A program made the position numbers and the translations under genes. Under the pieces are notes generated by a model, which ran no database searches, had not been told where the DNA came from, and saw only the letters and a list, made by a program, of their open reading frames with translations. 64,000 nucleotides of DNA from an uncultured Bacteroidota bacterium. Its GTDB lineage: Bacteria > Bacteroidota > Bacteroidia > Flavobacteriales > Flavobacteriaceae. The stretch's first letter is position 1; every line of letters starts with the position of its first letter. The DNA lies in the NCBI GenBank assembly GCA_902594745.1, contig CACJNF010000005.1, positions 608 to 64,607 of the forward strand, in the 5' to 3' direction. Shown here one piece after another: positions 18,793 through 29,752 of this stretch.

Positions 18793-20118
18793 TTAATTAT
18801 TGTATAATGTTTCTAATTCTGTTTTAACTGAGATAATTTCTAAAACTGAATTCAAATACTTTTGTTGAGAATCCAATAATTGAAGTTGCGCCTGTCTAAG
18901 TTCAAAAGATGTCACTAGGCCTTCAAAGTACTTTATAGAGTTCTTCTCTTCAATCGACATTGATAATCTCATATTCTTTTCATTAACACTAAGAGATTGA
19001 ACAGCTAGCTGATAATCGTTTAATTTTTCTTGGACCTCTGCACGTGTTTTCTCTTTTTGTTCTTCCAGATTTGTTGCTGCCTGATCCATTGCAATTTTAG
19101 CTTTTTGAGATGAGACATTTAACTTATTGGCATTGGTAAGCGGAAGTTCAAATTTCACTCCAAAAACTGATGATCCAAACCAATTCTGTGCTTTGCTAGT
19201 GAAATCAAATTCATTATTATATCCTGTGTAGGTTCCACTTATAAATCCAGAAAGTTTTGGGAGTTGTTTTGACTTTTCTAACCTATACTCTATTCTTTTA
19301 GTATCAAATAAATTTTGAGAAATCTTTACGTCAATATTTTGATCCTCGCTAAAACTATCTATTGAACTTGAGAAAATTATATTCTCTGCAATAAAGTCAT
19401 TAATTGAAGTAGTAAGTATTAAATTGTCTTCAAGATTGATGCCTAAAATCAATTTTAATAAATTGAGCTGGTTTTCCTGTGTTTTTTTTGTTTGAAGAAG
19501 TGAAAGTTCAGCTTGGGCAAGAGTTATTTTAATCTGCTCAACATTTTCAATTTCCTCAAAACCATTTTTATAAAGCTCCGTTACTTCAAATAAATCTTTT
19601 TTAAAATTCTCTAAATTATTCTCTAAGAGTGCTATTCCTTCATTAAGTGTAACCACTAGGCTGTAAAGCTTTACAATAGACTCTCTTATTTGCAGAAAAG
19701 TCTTTTCATAAAAGTTTTCAGAACCAGATAAATAAATCTGACTATACTCAAGTCCAACAAGCCATGAGCCATCAAAAAGCAGTTGTTCCATTCTGACTGA
19801 ACCAATTGCAGATTGCTCAGTTCCAAATTGAATCTCTGAGAAATCTCCTTTATTACCCCCAAAAAATTCAGCTGGTATAAGTGATGTTTGGAGTTCCAGG
19901 TTATTTAAATAATTTAATTCTAATGAAACATTTGGCAATCCAATTGCGATAGTTTTCCATCTTTCCTTAAATGCCATTTGAATCTCTCTTTCAGCGTTTC
20001 TTAAATTTCTATTATTTTCAATACCGTATTCCACTGCCTCATCTAAACTTAAACTTAGTAGGTCATCTTGGGCCAATACTGTTGAGCTAAAAAATATTAT
20101 TATTAATAATTTTCTCAT
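18793..20118 (-). CDS. TolC-family outer-membrane efflux protein
   Basis: The two-repeat coiled-coil/beta pattern is typical of the OEP family. Signal peptide MRKLLIIIFFSSTVLAQ. I prefer ATG 20118, which forms an ATGA overlap with the TetR stop; the ORF-track start is 20142. Confidence 0.85.
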   Translation of the reverse strand: MRKLLIIIFFSSTVLAQDDLLSLSLDEAVEYGIENNRNLRNAEREIQMAFKERWKTIAIGLPNVSLELNYLNNLELQTSLIPAEFFGGNKGDFSEIQFGTEQSAIGSVRMEQLLFDGSWLVGLEYSQIYLSGSENFYEKTFLQIRESIVKLYSLVVTLNEGIALLENNLENFKKDLFEVTELYKNGFEEIENVEQIKITLAQAELSLLQTKKTQENQLNLLKLILGINLEDNLILTTSINDFIAENIIFSSSIDSFSEDQNIDVKISQNLFDTKRIEYRLEKSKQLPKLSGFISGTYTGYNNEFDFTSKAQNWFGSSVFGVKFELPLTNANKLNVSSQKAKIAMDQAATNLEEQKEKTRAEVQEKLNDYQLAVQSLSVNEKNMRLSMSIEEKNSIKYFEGLVTSFELRQAQLQLLDSQQKYLNSVLEIISVKTELETLYNN

Positions 20119-20756
20119 TTTTTTATCATTTGAATTATCCAAGCTGGAATTAATTTTTTTCTTTCATTCATCATTATGTTAAAATCCTTTTTGGAGAGAT
20201 TTTCAATCTTCATAATTATTGGACTACACATAAATGGAAAAACAATTACACTTAAAACATTAGTTACAAAATGAATGGGATCAACCTTTCTGTAAATACC
20301 TTTTTTTACACCATCTTGATATTGAGCTACGAAGTTTGATTTCATTATCATTTTTGTTGTGGGCATTTTTAAGAAAGATGTAGGATTATTTTTTAATTCA
20401 TTTAGAACAAAAGTTGGAAGTAAAGGCTCTGCAATAATCATATCAATATATTTTTCAGAACATAGTTTTAGTTTTTGTTCGAGTGAAGTCTTCTCATCAT
20501 TATAGACTTCAACCATTTTACTAAGAAATTCATATAAGGTCTCAAACATTATTATTTCGAATAGCCTTCTCTTACTCCTGAAATAATAATTTAACATTGC
20601 AAGATTGATATCTGATTCTCGAGCAATATCTCTAGTTGTAGTTGCGCTATAACCTTTTTTTAAAAAAAGTGATTTAGCAGCATCTTTAATTTTAATTTCT
20701 GTATTTGAGTAATTATTGTCCACAATATTATTGGAGCACAAAATAAACTTAATCAT
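20115..20756 (-). CDS. TetR/AcrR-family transcriptional regulator
   Basis: N-terminal HTH region AAKSLFLKKGYSATTTRDIARESDINLAMLNYYF. It is the first gene of the efflux operon. Confidence 0.85.
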   Translation of the reverse strand: MIKFILCSNNIVDNNYSNTEIKIKDAAKSLFLKKGYSATTTRDIARESDINLAMLNYYFRSKRRLFEIIMFETLYEFLSKMVEVYNDEKTSLEQKLKLCSEKYIDMIIAEPLLPTFVLNELKNNPTSFLKMPTTKMIMKSNFVAQYQDGVKKGIYRKVDPIHFVTNVLSVIVFPFMCSPIIMKIENLSKKDFNIMMNERKKLIPAWIIQMIKK

Positions 20757-20827
20757 ATGAATTAAACAAATGATTAATAAAAAATTAACAATTAATTAAA
20801 TAGTATATTTATTGTTGTATTTCATTT

Positions 20828-21793
20828 ATGAAAGATTTAATTACAAATTTTGAGAGTTTTCTAAAATCAGAATTGCTTCATTCTGATCCAAAAAATCTTT
20901 ATCAGCCAGTTAAATACATTCTTGAATCTGGAGGTAAAAGACTAAGGCCATTAATTACAATGAGTGTCTCTGATATTTTGTCAAATGATTCAATAAAAGC
21001 TCTACCCGCATCTGCTTCTCTTGAGATATTTCACAATTTTACTTTGGCCCATGACGATATAATGGATAACTCATTAATCCGAAGGGGTAAAGAAACTATC
21101 CACTCAAAATGGGATATAAATACTGGAATTTTATCAGGAGATGTAATGCTAATAATATCTTATGAGTTTCTAAAAAAATATGATGACTTAACATACTTAG
21201 AATTATCCAAACAGCTTATAGAGACTTCAAGACTTTTATGTGAGGGTCAGCAATACGATATTGATTTTTCTAGTCAAAATCTTGTAGATGAAGAAAAATA
21301 TTTTGAGATGATTCAAAATAAAACAGCTGAACTTATTGCTTGTGCTTATAAATTTGGAGGTATCGTTTCAAATACAGAAGATGTAAACAAGCAAATATTG
21401 TATGAAATAGGATTAAATCTTGGAATTGCATTTCAGTTAGAGGATGATTTGCTCGACTGCTTTGGCGATGAAAAAAAATTTGGAAAAAGAATTGGAGGAG
21501 ATATTATTGAAAAAAAGAAGACATTACTTTACATAAATACAATCAAAAATTTAAGTAAAAAACAAAGAGAAGAATTTGAAAATGTATTTTACTCTGATGA
21601 GTTAAGTGAAGAGTTAAAGATTAGTTCAATTAAAACTTTCTATGAAGATTCCGGATCTGTCGATTATTTAAAGCAAAAAGTAAAAGAATATTCAAATAAA
21701 GCTTCTAAAAATATAAGTCAACTAGAGATTGATACAAACAAGAAGAATCAGATACTTAATTTCTCAAGAAATCTTTTAGATAGACAGATTTAA
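20828..21793 (+). CDS. Polyprenyl diphosphate synthase (trans-isoprenyl diphosphate synthase family)
   Basis: First and second Asp-rich motifs LAHDDIMD and FQLEDDLLD. Length 321 aa. Product chain length cannot be determined from the sequence. Confidence 0.85.
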   Translation: MKDLITNFESFLKSELLHSDPKNLYQPVKYILESGGKRLRPLITMSVSDILSNDSIKALPASASLEIFHNFTLAHDDIMDNSLIRRGKETIHSKWDINTGILSGDVMLIISYEFLKKYDDLTYLELSKQLIETSRLLCEGQQYDIDFSSQNLVDEEKYFEMIQNKTAELIACAYKFGGIVSNTEDVNKQILYEIGLNLGIAFQLEDDLLDCFGDEKKFGKRIGGDIIEKKKTLLYINTIKNLSKKQREEFENVFYSDELSEELKISSIKTFYEDSGSVDYLKQKVKEYSNKASKNISQLEIDTNKKNQILNFSRNLLDRQI

Positions 21794-22931
21794 CCCTTTT
21801 TATCAGAGACTTTACAAAAGTCATAATATTTACAGATACAAAGATTCTAATCTCTTCAAAAATATTCGTTTTCTCACCAAGAAATTTAAAAAGTAATAGC
21901 GGGTCATTATTCCTAAATAGATCAGAAAAAACCCGACTTCCTTTTCCTTTTGAATCAACAAGTACATCTAAAAATAAAACATCATAATACCAAAATCTAT
22001 TCTTAAATCTTAGTTTTGATAACGGCTTATCTTCTTTAATAAATTTAAGAATCATATCAATTTTTTCAATTGAGTTTTTAATAGTATATCCAGTGCTTGG
22101 TTTTGTCCAACCACCAGAAGTTCCAATTCTGATAAAACTATCTGTATTTGCATTAAAAAAAGGATAACAAGTCATAGGAATTACTCCTTTTTCTATTTCC
22201 GCTATTTTATATTTTTTAATACCCTCTCTATCAAGATACTTTTTTATCTCATTTTCATAATCTGAATTTTTCATTACTTCACCGCCAAAAAAAGTATACT
22301 CAAATAGAGCACTTTTTTTAGAAAAAGGTAATACATACATAAACCTAATTTCTTGGTGCTGGTCAATACTAAAATCCATAAATCTTATTTTATCTTCATC
22401 AAAAAAATCTTCATGGGTTTCAATGGTCCATCCAAGAAAGTGCTGCTTTATAAGTGGGTATTTCTTAAATTCAAATTCTTCAGGATTATAAATACTTGAA
22501 AAAGCAATTGAACATTGAAAATTTCCTTTATCTGTTTCAATATAGTTTATACCAGATTCCTTAATAATATTCTCAACATTTGCATTTAAATAAGTAAAAT
22601 TAGAGGCTTTTTCAATCTTTCTTTTCATAAATGAATAGAATTTATCAGATCTAACCATTTTATATTTATAGGGTTTAAGACTAAAAGAGCTACTAAATTC
22701 CATGTCTTTAAATTCAGCTTTGCCCCATGATTTGAAAACTATTTTATCTAGAATGTTTTTTTGATTATCCCAAAAACTAAATGTTCTATCATTCTCAATT
22801 TTAATTTCTTTTTCAATAACTAAAACTTTTTTATTATCGAAAAAACTGTCTGAAATCAATGAATTAGAAAGCAGGAGACCTGTAGCACCACCTCCACAAA
22901 TTACAAAGTCGTATTTTTCATCAATTTTCAT
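21756..22931 (-). CDS. Lycopene cyclase family protein (CrtY-like FAD/NAD-binding)
   Basis: N-terminal dinucleotide-binding motif [15 protein letters not shown]. The ~390 aa length and overall pattern fit the flavobacterial lycopene cyclase family. The call is from memory and not verified. Confidence 0.55.
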   Translation of the reverse strand: MKIDEKYDFVICGGGATGLLLSNSLISDSFFDNKKVLVIEKEIKIENDRTFSFWDNQKNILDKIVFKSWGKAEFKDMEFSSSFSLKPYKYKMVRSDKFYSFMKRKIEKASNFTYLNANVENIIKESGINYIETDKGNFQCSIAFSSIYNPEEFEFKKYPLIKQHFLGWTIETHEDFFDEDKIRFMDFSIDQHQEIRFMYVLPFSKKSALFEYTFFGGEVMKNSDYENEIKKYLDREGIKKYKIAEIEKGVIPMTCYPFFNANTDSFIRIGTSGGWTKPSTGYTIKNSIEKIDMILKFIKEDKPLSKLRFKNRFWYYDVLFLDVLVDSKGKGSRVFSDLFRNNDPLLLFKFLGEKTNIFEEIRIFVSVNIMTFVKSLIKRVKSVYLKDFLRN

Positions 22932-22961
22932 TGCTAATGGTAGTTGTTATATTTACTTTTG
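22931..22961 (+). promoter_or_regulatory. Candidate Bacteroidota promoter (TTG-N20-TACTTTTG) for the ZIP transporter gene
   Basis: TTG at 22931-22933 and TACTTTTG at 22954-22961. The ATG is 30 nt downstream. Confidence 0.45.
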
Positions 22962-22990
22962 CGGATAAATAGAGTAGACAATATACAAAT

Positions 22991-23812
22991 ATGGATCAAA
23001 TTATTGAATATTTCGCAAATCTAGACCCTGTATTGGGAGCATTATACGCAACCTTATTTACTTGGGGTGTTACAGCACTTGGGGCCGCTTCTGTATTCCT
23101 TTTCAAGTCTATGAGTAGAATGGCTTTAGATGGTATGCTTGGTTTTACTGGTGGTGTAATGGTTGCAGCTAGTTTTTGGAGTCTTTTGTCTCCTGCAATT
23201 GAAATGAGTGCCGGTGAAGGTTTTGTTAAGGTTATGCCATCCGCAATTGGATTTGGTTTAGGAGCATTATTCATATTTGCAATTGATAAAGTTTTACCTC
23301 ATTTACATATAAATTTTAAAGAAGAGGACGCAGAGGGTATAAAAACTCCATGGAGAAGAACAACTCTTCTAACTCTAGCAATTACATTACATAATATTCC
23401 AGAAGGTCTTGCCGTAGGTGTTTTATTTGGTGGAGTTGCAGCAGGAATTCCTGAGGCATCTGTTGCGGGTGCTGTTGTACTTGCTTTTGGAATTGGACTC
23501 CAAAACTTTCCAGAAGGAATAGCAGTAGCAATGCCACTAAGAAGGTCGGGTATAAGCAGATTTAAAAGCTTTTGGTATGGTCAGCTTTCTGCTATAGTAG
23601 AGCCAATAGCTGCTGTTATTGGTGCACTTGCAGTTACTTTCTTTACACCTATTTTACCTTATGCATTAGCATTTGCTGCTGGAGCTATGATATTTGTTGT
23701 GGTTGAAGAGGTAATCCCTGAAACTCAGCTTGATAAATATACAGATATAGCAACCTTAGGATTTATAGGTGGATTTATAATAATGATGATGTTAGATGTA
23801 GCTCTTGGTTAA
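22991..23812 (+). CDS. ZIP-family divalent metal (Zn/Fe) transporter
   Basis: 273 aa polytopic protein with the ZIP signature helices HNIPEGLAVG and QNFPEGIAVA. Confidence 0.85.
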   Translation: MDQIIEYFANLDPVLGALYATLFTWGVTALGAASVFLFKSMSRMALDGMLGFTGGVMVAASFWSLLSPAIEMSAGEGFVKVMPSAIGFGLGALFIFAIDKVLPHLHINFKEEDAEGIKTPWRRTTLLTLAITLHNIPEGLAVGVLFGGVAAGIPEASVAGAVVLAFGIGLQNFPEGIAVAMPLRRSGISRFKSFWYGQLSAIVEPIAAVIGALAVTFFTPILPYALAFAAGAMIFVVVEEVIPETQLDKYTDIATLGFIGGFIIMMMLDVALG

Positions 23813-24861
23813 TCAGTATTTTTAAAAGAATCCCAACCTGAGCTACTAAGATTTATTTTTTGACCCAAACTTGTGATCATACAATTATCATTTTTCTTAT
23901 TTAAACATGAGCCAATAATTGATAAGTAGTTCGAGTCTTCAATTTTTTTCTTAAATTTTTTAGGTACAGTAAATAATAATTCATAATCTTCCCCACCATT
24001 AAGAGCTGCAATTGTTGGGCTAATTTTAAACTCTTCACATACTTCTTTCGTCTCCTTTGAAATAGGTATTTTATCTTCATAAATATGAAAAGATAATCCT
24101 GAATTCTCTGAAAGATGATTAATTTCTGACGAAAGACCATCACTAATATCTATCATTGAGGTGGGATTTATATTTAGTTCTTTTAGGTGATTAATAATAT
24201 CTACTCTTGCTTCTGGTTTTAGCTGTCTTTCAATACAATAACTGTAATTAGAAAGATCTGGTTGAGATTTAGGATTAACCTCAAAAACTTTTTTTTCTCT
24301 TTCAAGTACCTGTAGACCCATGTATGCAGATCCTAGGTCACCTGAAACTACAAGTAAATCCTCTTCCTTTGATCCTTTCCTTAATGTAAACTTACTGTTC
24401 TCTGTGTTCCCAATACATGTAACAGATATCATTAGTCCTTTGTTAGAAGAAGTTGTATCTCCACCAATTAGGTCAACTCCATAAAATGAACACGCAAGTT
24501 TAATGCCCTCATAGAGCTCCTCTAAGGCTTCAATTTTAAATCTATTTGATACAGCAATGGAAACCAATATCTGTGAGGGTTTTACATTCATTGCAATAAT
24601 ATCAGAGACATTTACAACAACACTTTTGTAGCCGAGATGTTTTAAAGGAACATAAGATAAATCAAAATGGATACCTTCAACCAAAATATCTTGAGAAATA
24701 GCTATGTTGGTTTTCTCAAAACTTAAAATTGCTGCATCATCGCCAATATCTACCTTTGTAGAACTATTCTTGTTCTTAAAAGATTTTGTTATTCTTTTAA
24801 TAAGCTCTATTTCACTAATGTTTTGGAGATCATTTGAAATATCTTCTTCTTTATCATCCAT
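23809..24861 (-). CDS. thiL: Thiamine-monophosphate kinase
   Basis: AIR-synthase-like fold motifs IGDDAAIL, GIHFD and LIGGDTTSS. Length 350 aa. Confidence 0.8.
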   Translation of the reverse strand: MDDKEEDISNDLQNISEIELIKRITKSFKNKNSSTKVDIGDDAAILSFEKTNIAISQDILVEGIHFDLSYVPLKHLGYKSVVVNVSDIIAMNVKPSQILVSIAVSNRFKIEALEELYEGIKLACSFYGVDLIGGDTTSSNKGLMISVTCIGNTENSKFTLRKGSKEEDLLVVSGDLGSAYMGLQVLEREKKVFEVNPKSQPDLSNYSYCIERQLKPEARVDIINHLKELNINPTSMIDISDGLSSEINHLSENSGLSFHIYEDKIPISKETKEVCEEFKISPTIAALNGGEDYELLFTVPKKFKKKIEDSNYLSIIGSCLNKKNDNCMITSLGQKINLSSSGWDSFKNTD

Positions 24862-24965
24862 AGTTCAAAATTAACTTAATTGAATCATTTATTTTATCTA
24901 TATATCATAACATAATTATGGATTTATTAACACTTAGAAATATTCCATAAACCCTGATTTAATTG

Positions 24966-24973
24966 TATATTTG
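24966..24973 (+). promoter_or_regulatory. Candidate -7 promoter box (TATATTTG) for the suf operon
   Basis: Exact TAnnTTTG match 25 nt upstream of ATG 24999. It lies inside the over-extended ORF-track start (24963), which argues for 24999 as the real sufB start. Confidence 0.4.
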
Positions 24974-24998
24974 CCAAAAGTTATCAAGGATTTTTTTT

Positions 24999-26444
24999 AT
25001 GGCATATACTGAAGAAGAATTAAAAAAACAGCTTGAAACCAAAGAATACGAATATGGTTTTTACACAGATATAGACGCTGAAACATTCCCTATTGGTTTA
25101 AATGAAGAAATTGTAAAAGCAATTTCAAAGAAAAAAAATGAACCAAAATGGATGACTGATTGGAGATTAGATGCATACTCTACATGGAAATCTATGGAAG
25201 AACCTAATTGGTCTAACCTAAAATATGCAAAGCCTAACTTCCAAGATATCTCATATTACTCAGCACCAAAAAAGAAACCAGATCTAAAATCACTCGACGA
25301 AGTTGATCCTGAGCTTTTAAAGACATTCGATAAACTAGGAATATCTATAGATGAACAAAAAAGACTTAGTGGTGTTGCGATGGATGTTGTTGTTGATTCA
25401 GTTTCGGTAGCTACTACTTTCAAGGACACACTTGAGGAGAAAGGAATTATATTCTGTTCAATCTCTGAAGCCATTCAAAATCATCCTGAATTAGTAAGAA
25501 AATATATTGGTACAGTGGTCCCAAAAAAAGATAACTATTATGCTGCATTAAACTCAGCAGTTTTCTCTGATGGCTCTTTTTGTTACATACCTAAAGGTGT
25601 AAAGTGCCCAATGGAATTATCAACTTACTTTAGAATAAATCAGGCTGGTACTGGACAATTTGAAAGAACACTTGTAATAGCTGACAAATCAAGCTATGTT
25701 AGTTATCTTGAGGGTTGTACTGCTCCCTCAAGAGATGAAAATCAACTTCATGCTGCTGTTGTAGAGTTAATTGCTCTAGATGATGCAGAGATTAAATATT
25801 CAACTGTCCAAAATTGGTTTCCTGGAGATAAAAAAGGAAAAGGAGGAGTCTATAATTTTGTTACAAAAAGAGGGATATGCCATGAAAGGTCAAAAATATC
25901 TTGGACTCAAGTTGAAACTGGATCTGCTGTTACATGGAAATATCCATCTTGTATTTTAAAAGGTAATAATTCCATTGGTGAGTTTTATTCTATTGCTGTT
26001 ACAAACAATTTCCAACAAGCAGATACAGGAACTAAAATGATACATATTGGTAAGAATACCAAAAGCACAATTATTTCTAAAGGTATTTCTGCTGGAAAAT
26101 CTCAGAACAGCTATCGAGGACTCGTACAAATTTCACCTCTTGCTAAAAATGCAAGAAACTTTTCACAGTGTGATTCATTATTAATGGGAAATAAATGTGG
26201 AGCCCACACATTCCCATACATTGAAGTTCAGAATAAAACTGCCCAAATTGAGCATGAAGCTACAACTAGTAAAATTGGTGAGGATCAAATATTCTATTGT
26301 AATCAGAGGGGTATTGATACAGAAAAAGCTATTGCACTAATAGTTAATGGCTTTAGTAAAGAAGTTTTAAATAAATTACCTATGGAATTTGCTGTTGAAG
26401 CACAAAAATTATTAGAAATCTCACTTGAGGGATCAGTTGGATAA
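24999..26444 (+). CDS. sufB: Fe-S cluster assembly scaffold protein SufB
   Basis: [13 protein letters not shown]...[21 protein letters not shown]...[15 protein letters not shown] is canonical SufB. It is followed by sufCDSE. Confidence 0.95.
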   Translation: MAYTEEELKKQLETKEYEYGFYTDIDAETFPIGLNEEIVKAISKKKNEPKWMTDWRLDAYSTWKSMEEPNWSNLKYAKPNFQDISYYSAPKKKPDLKSLDEVDPELLKTFDKLGISIDEQKRLSGVAMDVVVDSVSVATTFKDTLEEKGIIFCSISEAIQNHPELVRKYIGTVVPKKDNYYAALNSAVFSDGSFCYIPKGVKCPMELSTYFRINQAGTGQFERTLVIADKSSYVSYLEGCTAPSRDENQLHAAVVELIALDDAEIKYSTVQNWFPGDKKGKGGVYNFVTKRGICHERSKISWTQVETGSAVTWKYPSCILKGNNSIGEFYSIAVTNNFQQADTGTKMIHIGKNTKSTIISKGISAGKSQNSYRGLVQISPLAKNARNFSQCDSLLMGNKCGAHTFPYIEVQNKTAQIEHEATTSKIGEDQIFYCNQRGIDTEKAIALIVNGFSKEVLNKLPMEFAVEAQKLLEISLEGSVG

Positions 26445-26453
26445 AATTAAGAT

Positions 26454-27203
26454 ATGTTAGAAATAAATAATTTACATTGTAAAATAGAAGGTAGATCAAT
26501 TTTAAAGGGTATAAACCTAAAAATTAATAAAGGTGAAATTCATGCAATTATGGGCCCTAACGGTTCAGGTAAAAGTACTCTTGCAAATGTTATCTCAGGG
26601 CATGAAGATTATGAGGTCACAAAAGGAAATATCTTCTTTAAAGATCAAGAAATTAATGAATTTAGTCCAGAGGAGAGAGCACATGAAGGAGTATTTATGT
26701 CATTCCAATACCCTGTTGAGATTCCAGGAGTTACGGTAACTAATTTTATTAAAACTGCTATTAATGAATCTAGGAAATCAAAAGGTTTAGATGAAATGCC
26801 TTCAAGCGAGATGCTCAAAAAGATTAGAGAAAAAGCAGCCTTACTAGAAATAGACTCAAATTTTTTATCAAGGTCTCTTAACGAAGGTTTCTCTGGAGGT
26901 GAAAAGAAAAGAAATGAAATTTTTCAAATGGCAATGATGGAACCCGAATTAGCTGTTCTTGATGAAACTGATTCCGGTTTAGATATTGATGCATTAAAGA
27001 TAGTAGCTAATGGAGTTATTAAGTGCAGTAATGACAATAATTCGGTTCTAGTAATTACCCATTATCAGAGGCTACTTGACTACATCGTTCCAGACTATGT
27101 TCACATAGTAATGGATGGTAAAGTTGTAAAATCTGGGGATAAAGACCTTGCAAAAAAAATTGAAGAAATAGGGTACGATTGGTTAAAGAATGAAAAGTCA
27201 TAA
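26454..27203 (+). CDS. sufC: Fe-S cluster assembly ATPase SufC
   Basis: Walker A GPNGSGKST, ABC signature FSGGEKKR and Walker B LAVLDETDSGLD. Confidence 0.95.
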   Translation: MLEINNLHCKIEGRSILKGINLKINKGEIHAIMGPNGSGKSTLANVISGHEDYEVTKGNIFFKDQEINEFSPEERAHEGVFMSFQYPVEIPGVTVTNFIKTAINESRKSKGLDEMPSSEMLKKIREKAALLEIDSNFLSRSLNEGFSGGEKKRNEIFQMAMMEPELAVLDETDSGLDIDALKIVANGVIKCSNDNNSVLVITHYQRLLDYIVPDYVHIVMDGKVVKSGDKDLAKKIEEIGYDWLKNEKS

Positions 27204-28521
27204 TATGAACTTTCAAGAAAAATTATTGGATTCCTTTATTGCTTTTGAACAAGATGTTGATTTGTTAAATCCAATTCATAAGGATAGAAAAGATGCACTA
27301 AAAAGATTCGAAGAATTAGGTTTTCCCTCAAAAAAAGATGAATCTTGGAAGTATACATCTCTAAAATCCTTAGTTCAAAAAGATTACAATCTCTATGCAA
27401 AATCTGAAACCAATATTGAATTAAAAGATGTTAAAAAGTATCTGTTAAATGATATTGACTCATTTAAAATTATATTTATAGATGGGGTTTACAGTCCATT
27501 TCTTTCAAAAACTACTCATGATGGTAAGGACATATGTGTTCTTTCAGCTGCATTGTCAAAAGTTAAGTACAAGAAAAGGATTAAGAAATATTTCAATAAA
27601 ATAGTACCAAGTTCAGAAAGCCTAGCATCATTAAACACTTCTTATACAAAAGAAGGTGCGTATATCTACATTCCAGAAGGTGTCTGTCCTGAAGATCCAG
27701 TTCAAATAATCCATTTTTCAACTGGAAACCAAAATTCAATTTGGCTACAACCTAGAAATTTAATAATTGCTGATAAAGGATCTAAAATTGAAATAATCGA
27801 AAGACATCAAAGTCTTAAAGACCATTCAGTTGTTACCAACAGTCTAACTGAAATTTATGCTGAAAAAAATGCTTTTGTAGATTATTACAAGATCCAAAAT
27901 GATTTAAACACATCAAGCCTAATTGATAATACATTCATAAGTCAGGAAAGAGATAGTAATGTCAGTGTTCACACATTTTCTTTTGGCGGTAAACTAACAA
28001 GAAATAATCTTAACTTTTATCACAAAGGTGAAAATATTCAATCAACTTTAAAAGGAATTACAATTTTAGAGGCAAATCAACATGTTGATCACAATACACT
28101 TGTAAATCATGCACAACCAAACTGTGAAAGTCATCAAGACTATAAAGGAATTTTTTCAGACAGATCAGTAGGTGTATTTAACGGTAAAATTATTGTAGAT
28201 AAAATTGCACAAAAAACAAATGCTTTTCAGCAGAATAATAATATTTTGATTGATAACAAATCAAAAGTTAATACTAAGCCTCAACTTGAAATTTTTGCTG
28301 ATGATGTAAAATGTTCACATGGTTGTACAGTAGGACAACTTGATAAGGAAGCACTTTTCTATTTAAAAACAAGAGGAATCCCTGAAAAAGAGGCTAAAGC
28401 ACTTCTTACCTATGCCTTTGCAAATAATGTATTAGAGAGTGTTAATATCCCTAATTTAAAAAGAAGAATAAATTCACTAATTGCTAATAAATTAGGAGTA
28501 AATCTTGGTTTTGATCTATAA
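27190..28521 (+). CDS. sufD: Fe-S cluster assembly protein SufD
   Basis: SufB/D beta-helix C-terminal region ...NTKPQLEIFADDVKCSHGCTVGQLD. Its position is between sufC and sufS. Confidence 0.9.
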   Translation: MKSHNMNFQEKLLDSFIAFEQDVDLLNPIHKDRKDALKRFEELGFPSKKDESWKYTSLKSLVQKDYNLYAKSETNIELKDVKKYLLNDIDSFKIIFIDGVYSPFLSKTTHDGKDICVLSAALSKVKYKKRIKKYFNKIVPSSESLASLNTSYTKEGAYIYIPEGVCPEDPVQIIHFSTGNQNSIWLQPRNLIIADKGSKIEIIERHQSLKDHSVVTNSLTEIYAEKNAFVDYYKIQNDLNTSSLIDNTFISQERDSNVSVHTFSFGGKLTRNNLNFYHKGENIQSTLKGITILEANQHVDHNTLVNHAQPNCESHQDYKGIFSDRSVGVFNGKIIVDKIAQKTNAFQQNNNILIDNKSKVNTKPQLEIFADDVKCSHGCTVGQLDKEALFYLKTRGIPEKEAKALLTYAFANNVLESVNIPNLKRRINSLIANKLGVNLGFDL

Positions 28522-29736
28522 ATGTTTGATGTATATAAAATAAGAGAGGATTTTCCTATACTAGATCGTAAAGTAAATAATACTGATCTTGTATATTTTG
28601 ATAATGCTGCAACTTCTCAAACCCCAATTCAAGTTATAGATACAATCTCTAATTACTATAAAAAATTCAATTCAAATATTCATAGAGGTTTACACTCGCT
28701 CAGTGCTGATGCTACTAGCCAGTATGAAGAATCTAGAACAAAAGTTCGAAAGCATTTTGGAGTCTCTGAAAATCATGAAATAATTTTTACTTCTGGTACA
28801 ACACATGGAATAAACATTGTCTCTTCTGGTTTACAGAGTATTTTGACAAAAGATGACGAGATAATTATTTCTGCGATGGAACATCACTCTAATATTGTTC
28901 CTTGGCAGATGCTTTGTGAGAAAACTGGTGCAACTATGAAAGTTATTCCAATTAATAATGATGGAACTTTAGATATAGATGAATATAAATCAATGCTTAA
29001 TCCAAAAGTTAAATTTGTTTTTGTTAATCATGTATCTAATACCCTTGGGACTATAAATCCAATAGAACTTATAATTGAGTTAGCTCATAAGAACAATTCA
29101 CAAGTATTAATTGATGGAGCTCAAGGTGCAGCTCATTTAAAAATCAATCTCAAGGAATTAAATGTTGACTATTATGTTGCCTCGGCACATAAATTATGTG
29201 GCCCTACTGGCGTTGGTTTTCTATATGGAAAAACTGAACTTTTAAAATCACTTCCTGCATATCAAGGTGGAGGTGAAATGATTTCAAATGTAACTTTTGA
29301 AAAAACTGAATATGCTGATCTACCTCACAAGTTTGAAGCAGGCACCCCTAATATAGCAGGAGTAATAGCTTTTGGAGTTGCACTTGATTATATGAATTCA
29401 ATTGGATTTGATAATATTGAAAATCATGAAAAAGAACTTCTAGATTATGCAACTGATAATCTTAAAAAAATTAGTGGTATAAAGATCTATGGTGATAACA
29501 AACAAAAAATATCTGTAATATCATTTAATATTGGTGATCATCATCCATCTGATATTGGTTCAATTCTTGATCAGTTTGGAATCGCTGTAAGAACAGGTCA
29601 ACATTGTACTCAGCCAATAATGGATTTCTACAAAATACCAGGTACTGTTCGAGCATCTTTCTCTTTTTATAATACAAAAAGTGAAATTGATTTATTTATC
29701 GATGCTCTGATAAAAGCATCCAAAATGTTGGGATAA
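28522..29736 (+). CDS. sufS: Cysteine desulfurase SufS (class V aminotransferase, group II)
   Basis: PLP-lysine region SAHKLCGPTGVG and the catalytic Cys loop RTGQHCTQP. Confidence 0.95.
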   Translation: MFDVYKIREDFPILDRKVNNTDLVYFDNAATSQTPIQVIDTISNYYKKFNSNIHRGLHSLSADATSQYEESRTKVRKHFGVSENHEIIFTSGTTHGINIVSSGLQSILTKDDEIIISAMEHHSNIVPWQMLCEKTGATMKVIPINNDGTLDIDEYKSMLNPKVKFVFVNHVSNTLGTINPIELIIELAHKNNSQVLIDGAQGAAHLKINLKELNVDYYVASAHKLCGPTGVGFLYGKTELLKSLPAYQGGGEMISNVTFEKTEYADLPHKFEAGTPNIAGVIAFGVALDYMNSIGFDNIENHEKELLDYATDNLKKISGIKIYGDNKQKISVISFNIGDHHPSDIGSILDQFGIAVRTGQHCTQPIMDFYKIPGTVRASFSFYNTKSEIDLFIDALIKASKMLG

Positions 29737-29752
29737 TTCATTAATTTTAAAT

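Noticed and set aside
20757-20827. Search for a TetR operator (long inverted repeat) and a TAnnTTTG box upstream of the efflux operon.
   Set aside because: Only short A/T palindromes such as AATTAATT were found, with no convincing inverted repeat or exact -7 box. No regulatory feature is called.
22991-23812. Visibly higher G+C in the ZIP transporter gene, considered as a sign of horizontal acquisition.
   Set aside because: The elevated G+C is explained by the Gly/Ala/Val-rich transmembrane composition. There are no flanking repeats, tRNA or mobility genes, and the gene has a native-looking Bacteroidota promoter.
24911-24920. Perfect 10-bp palindrome CATAATTATG in the thiL/sufB divergent spacer, considered as a possible Fur/IscR-type operator.
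   Set aside because: It consists almost entirely of A/T bases. By a rough hand estimate, a palindrome of this length in a 137-nt AT-rich spacer is not improbable by chance. I cannot match it to a known operator consensus.
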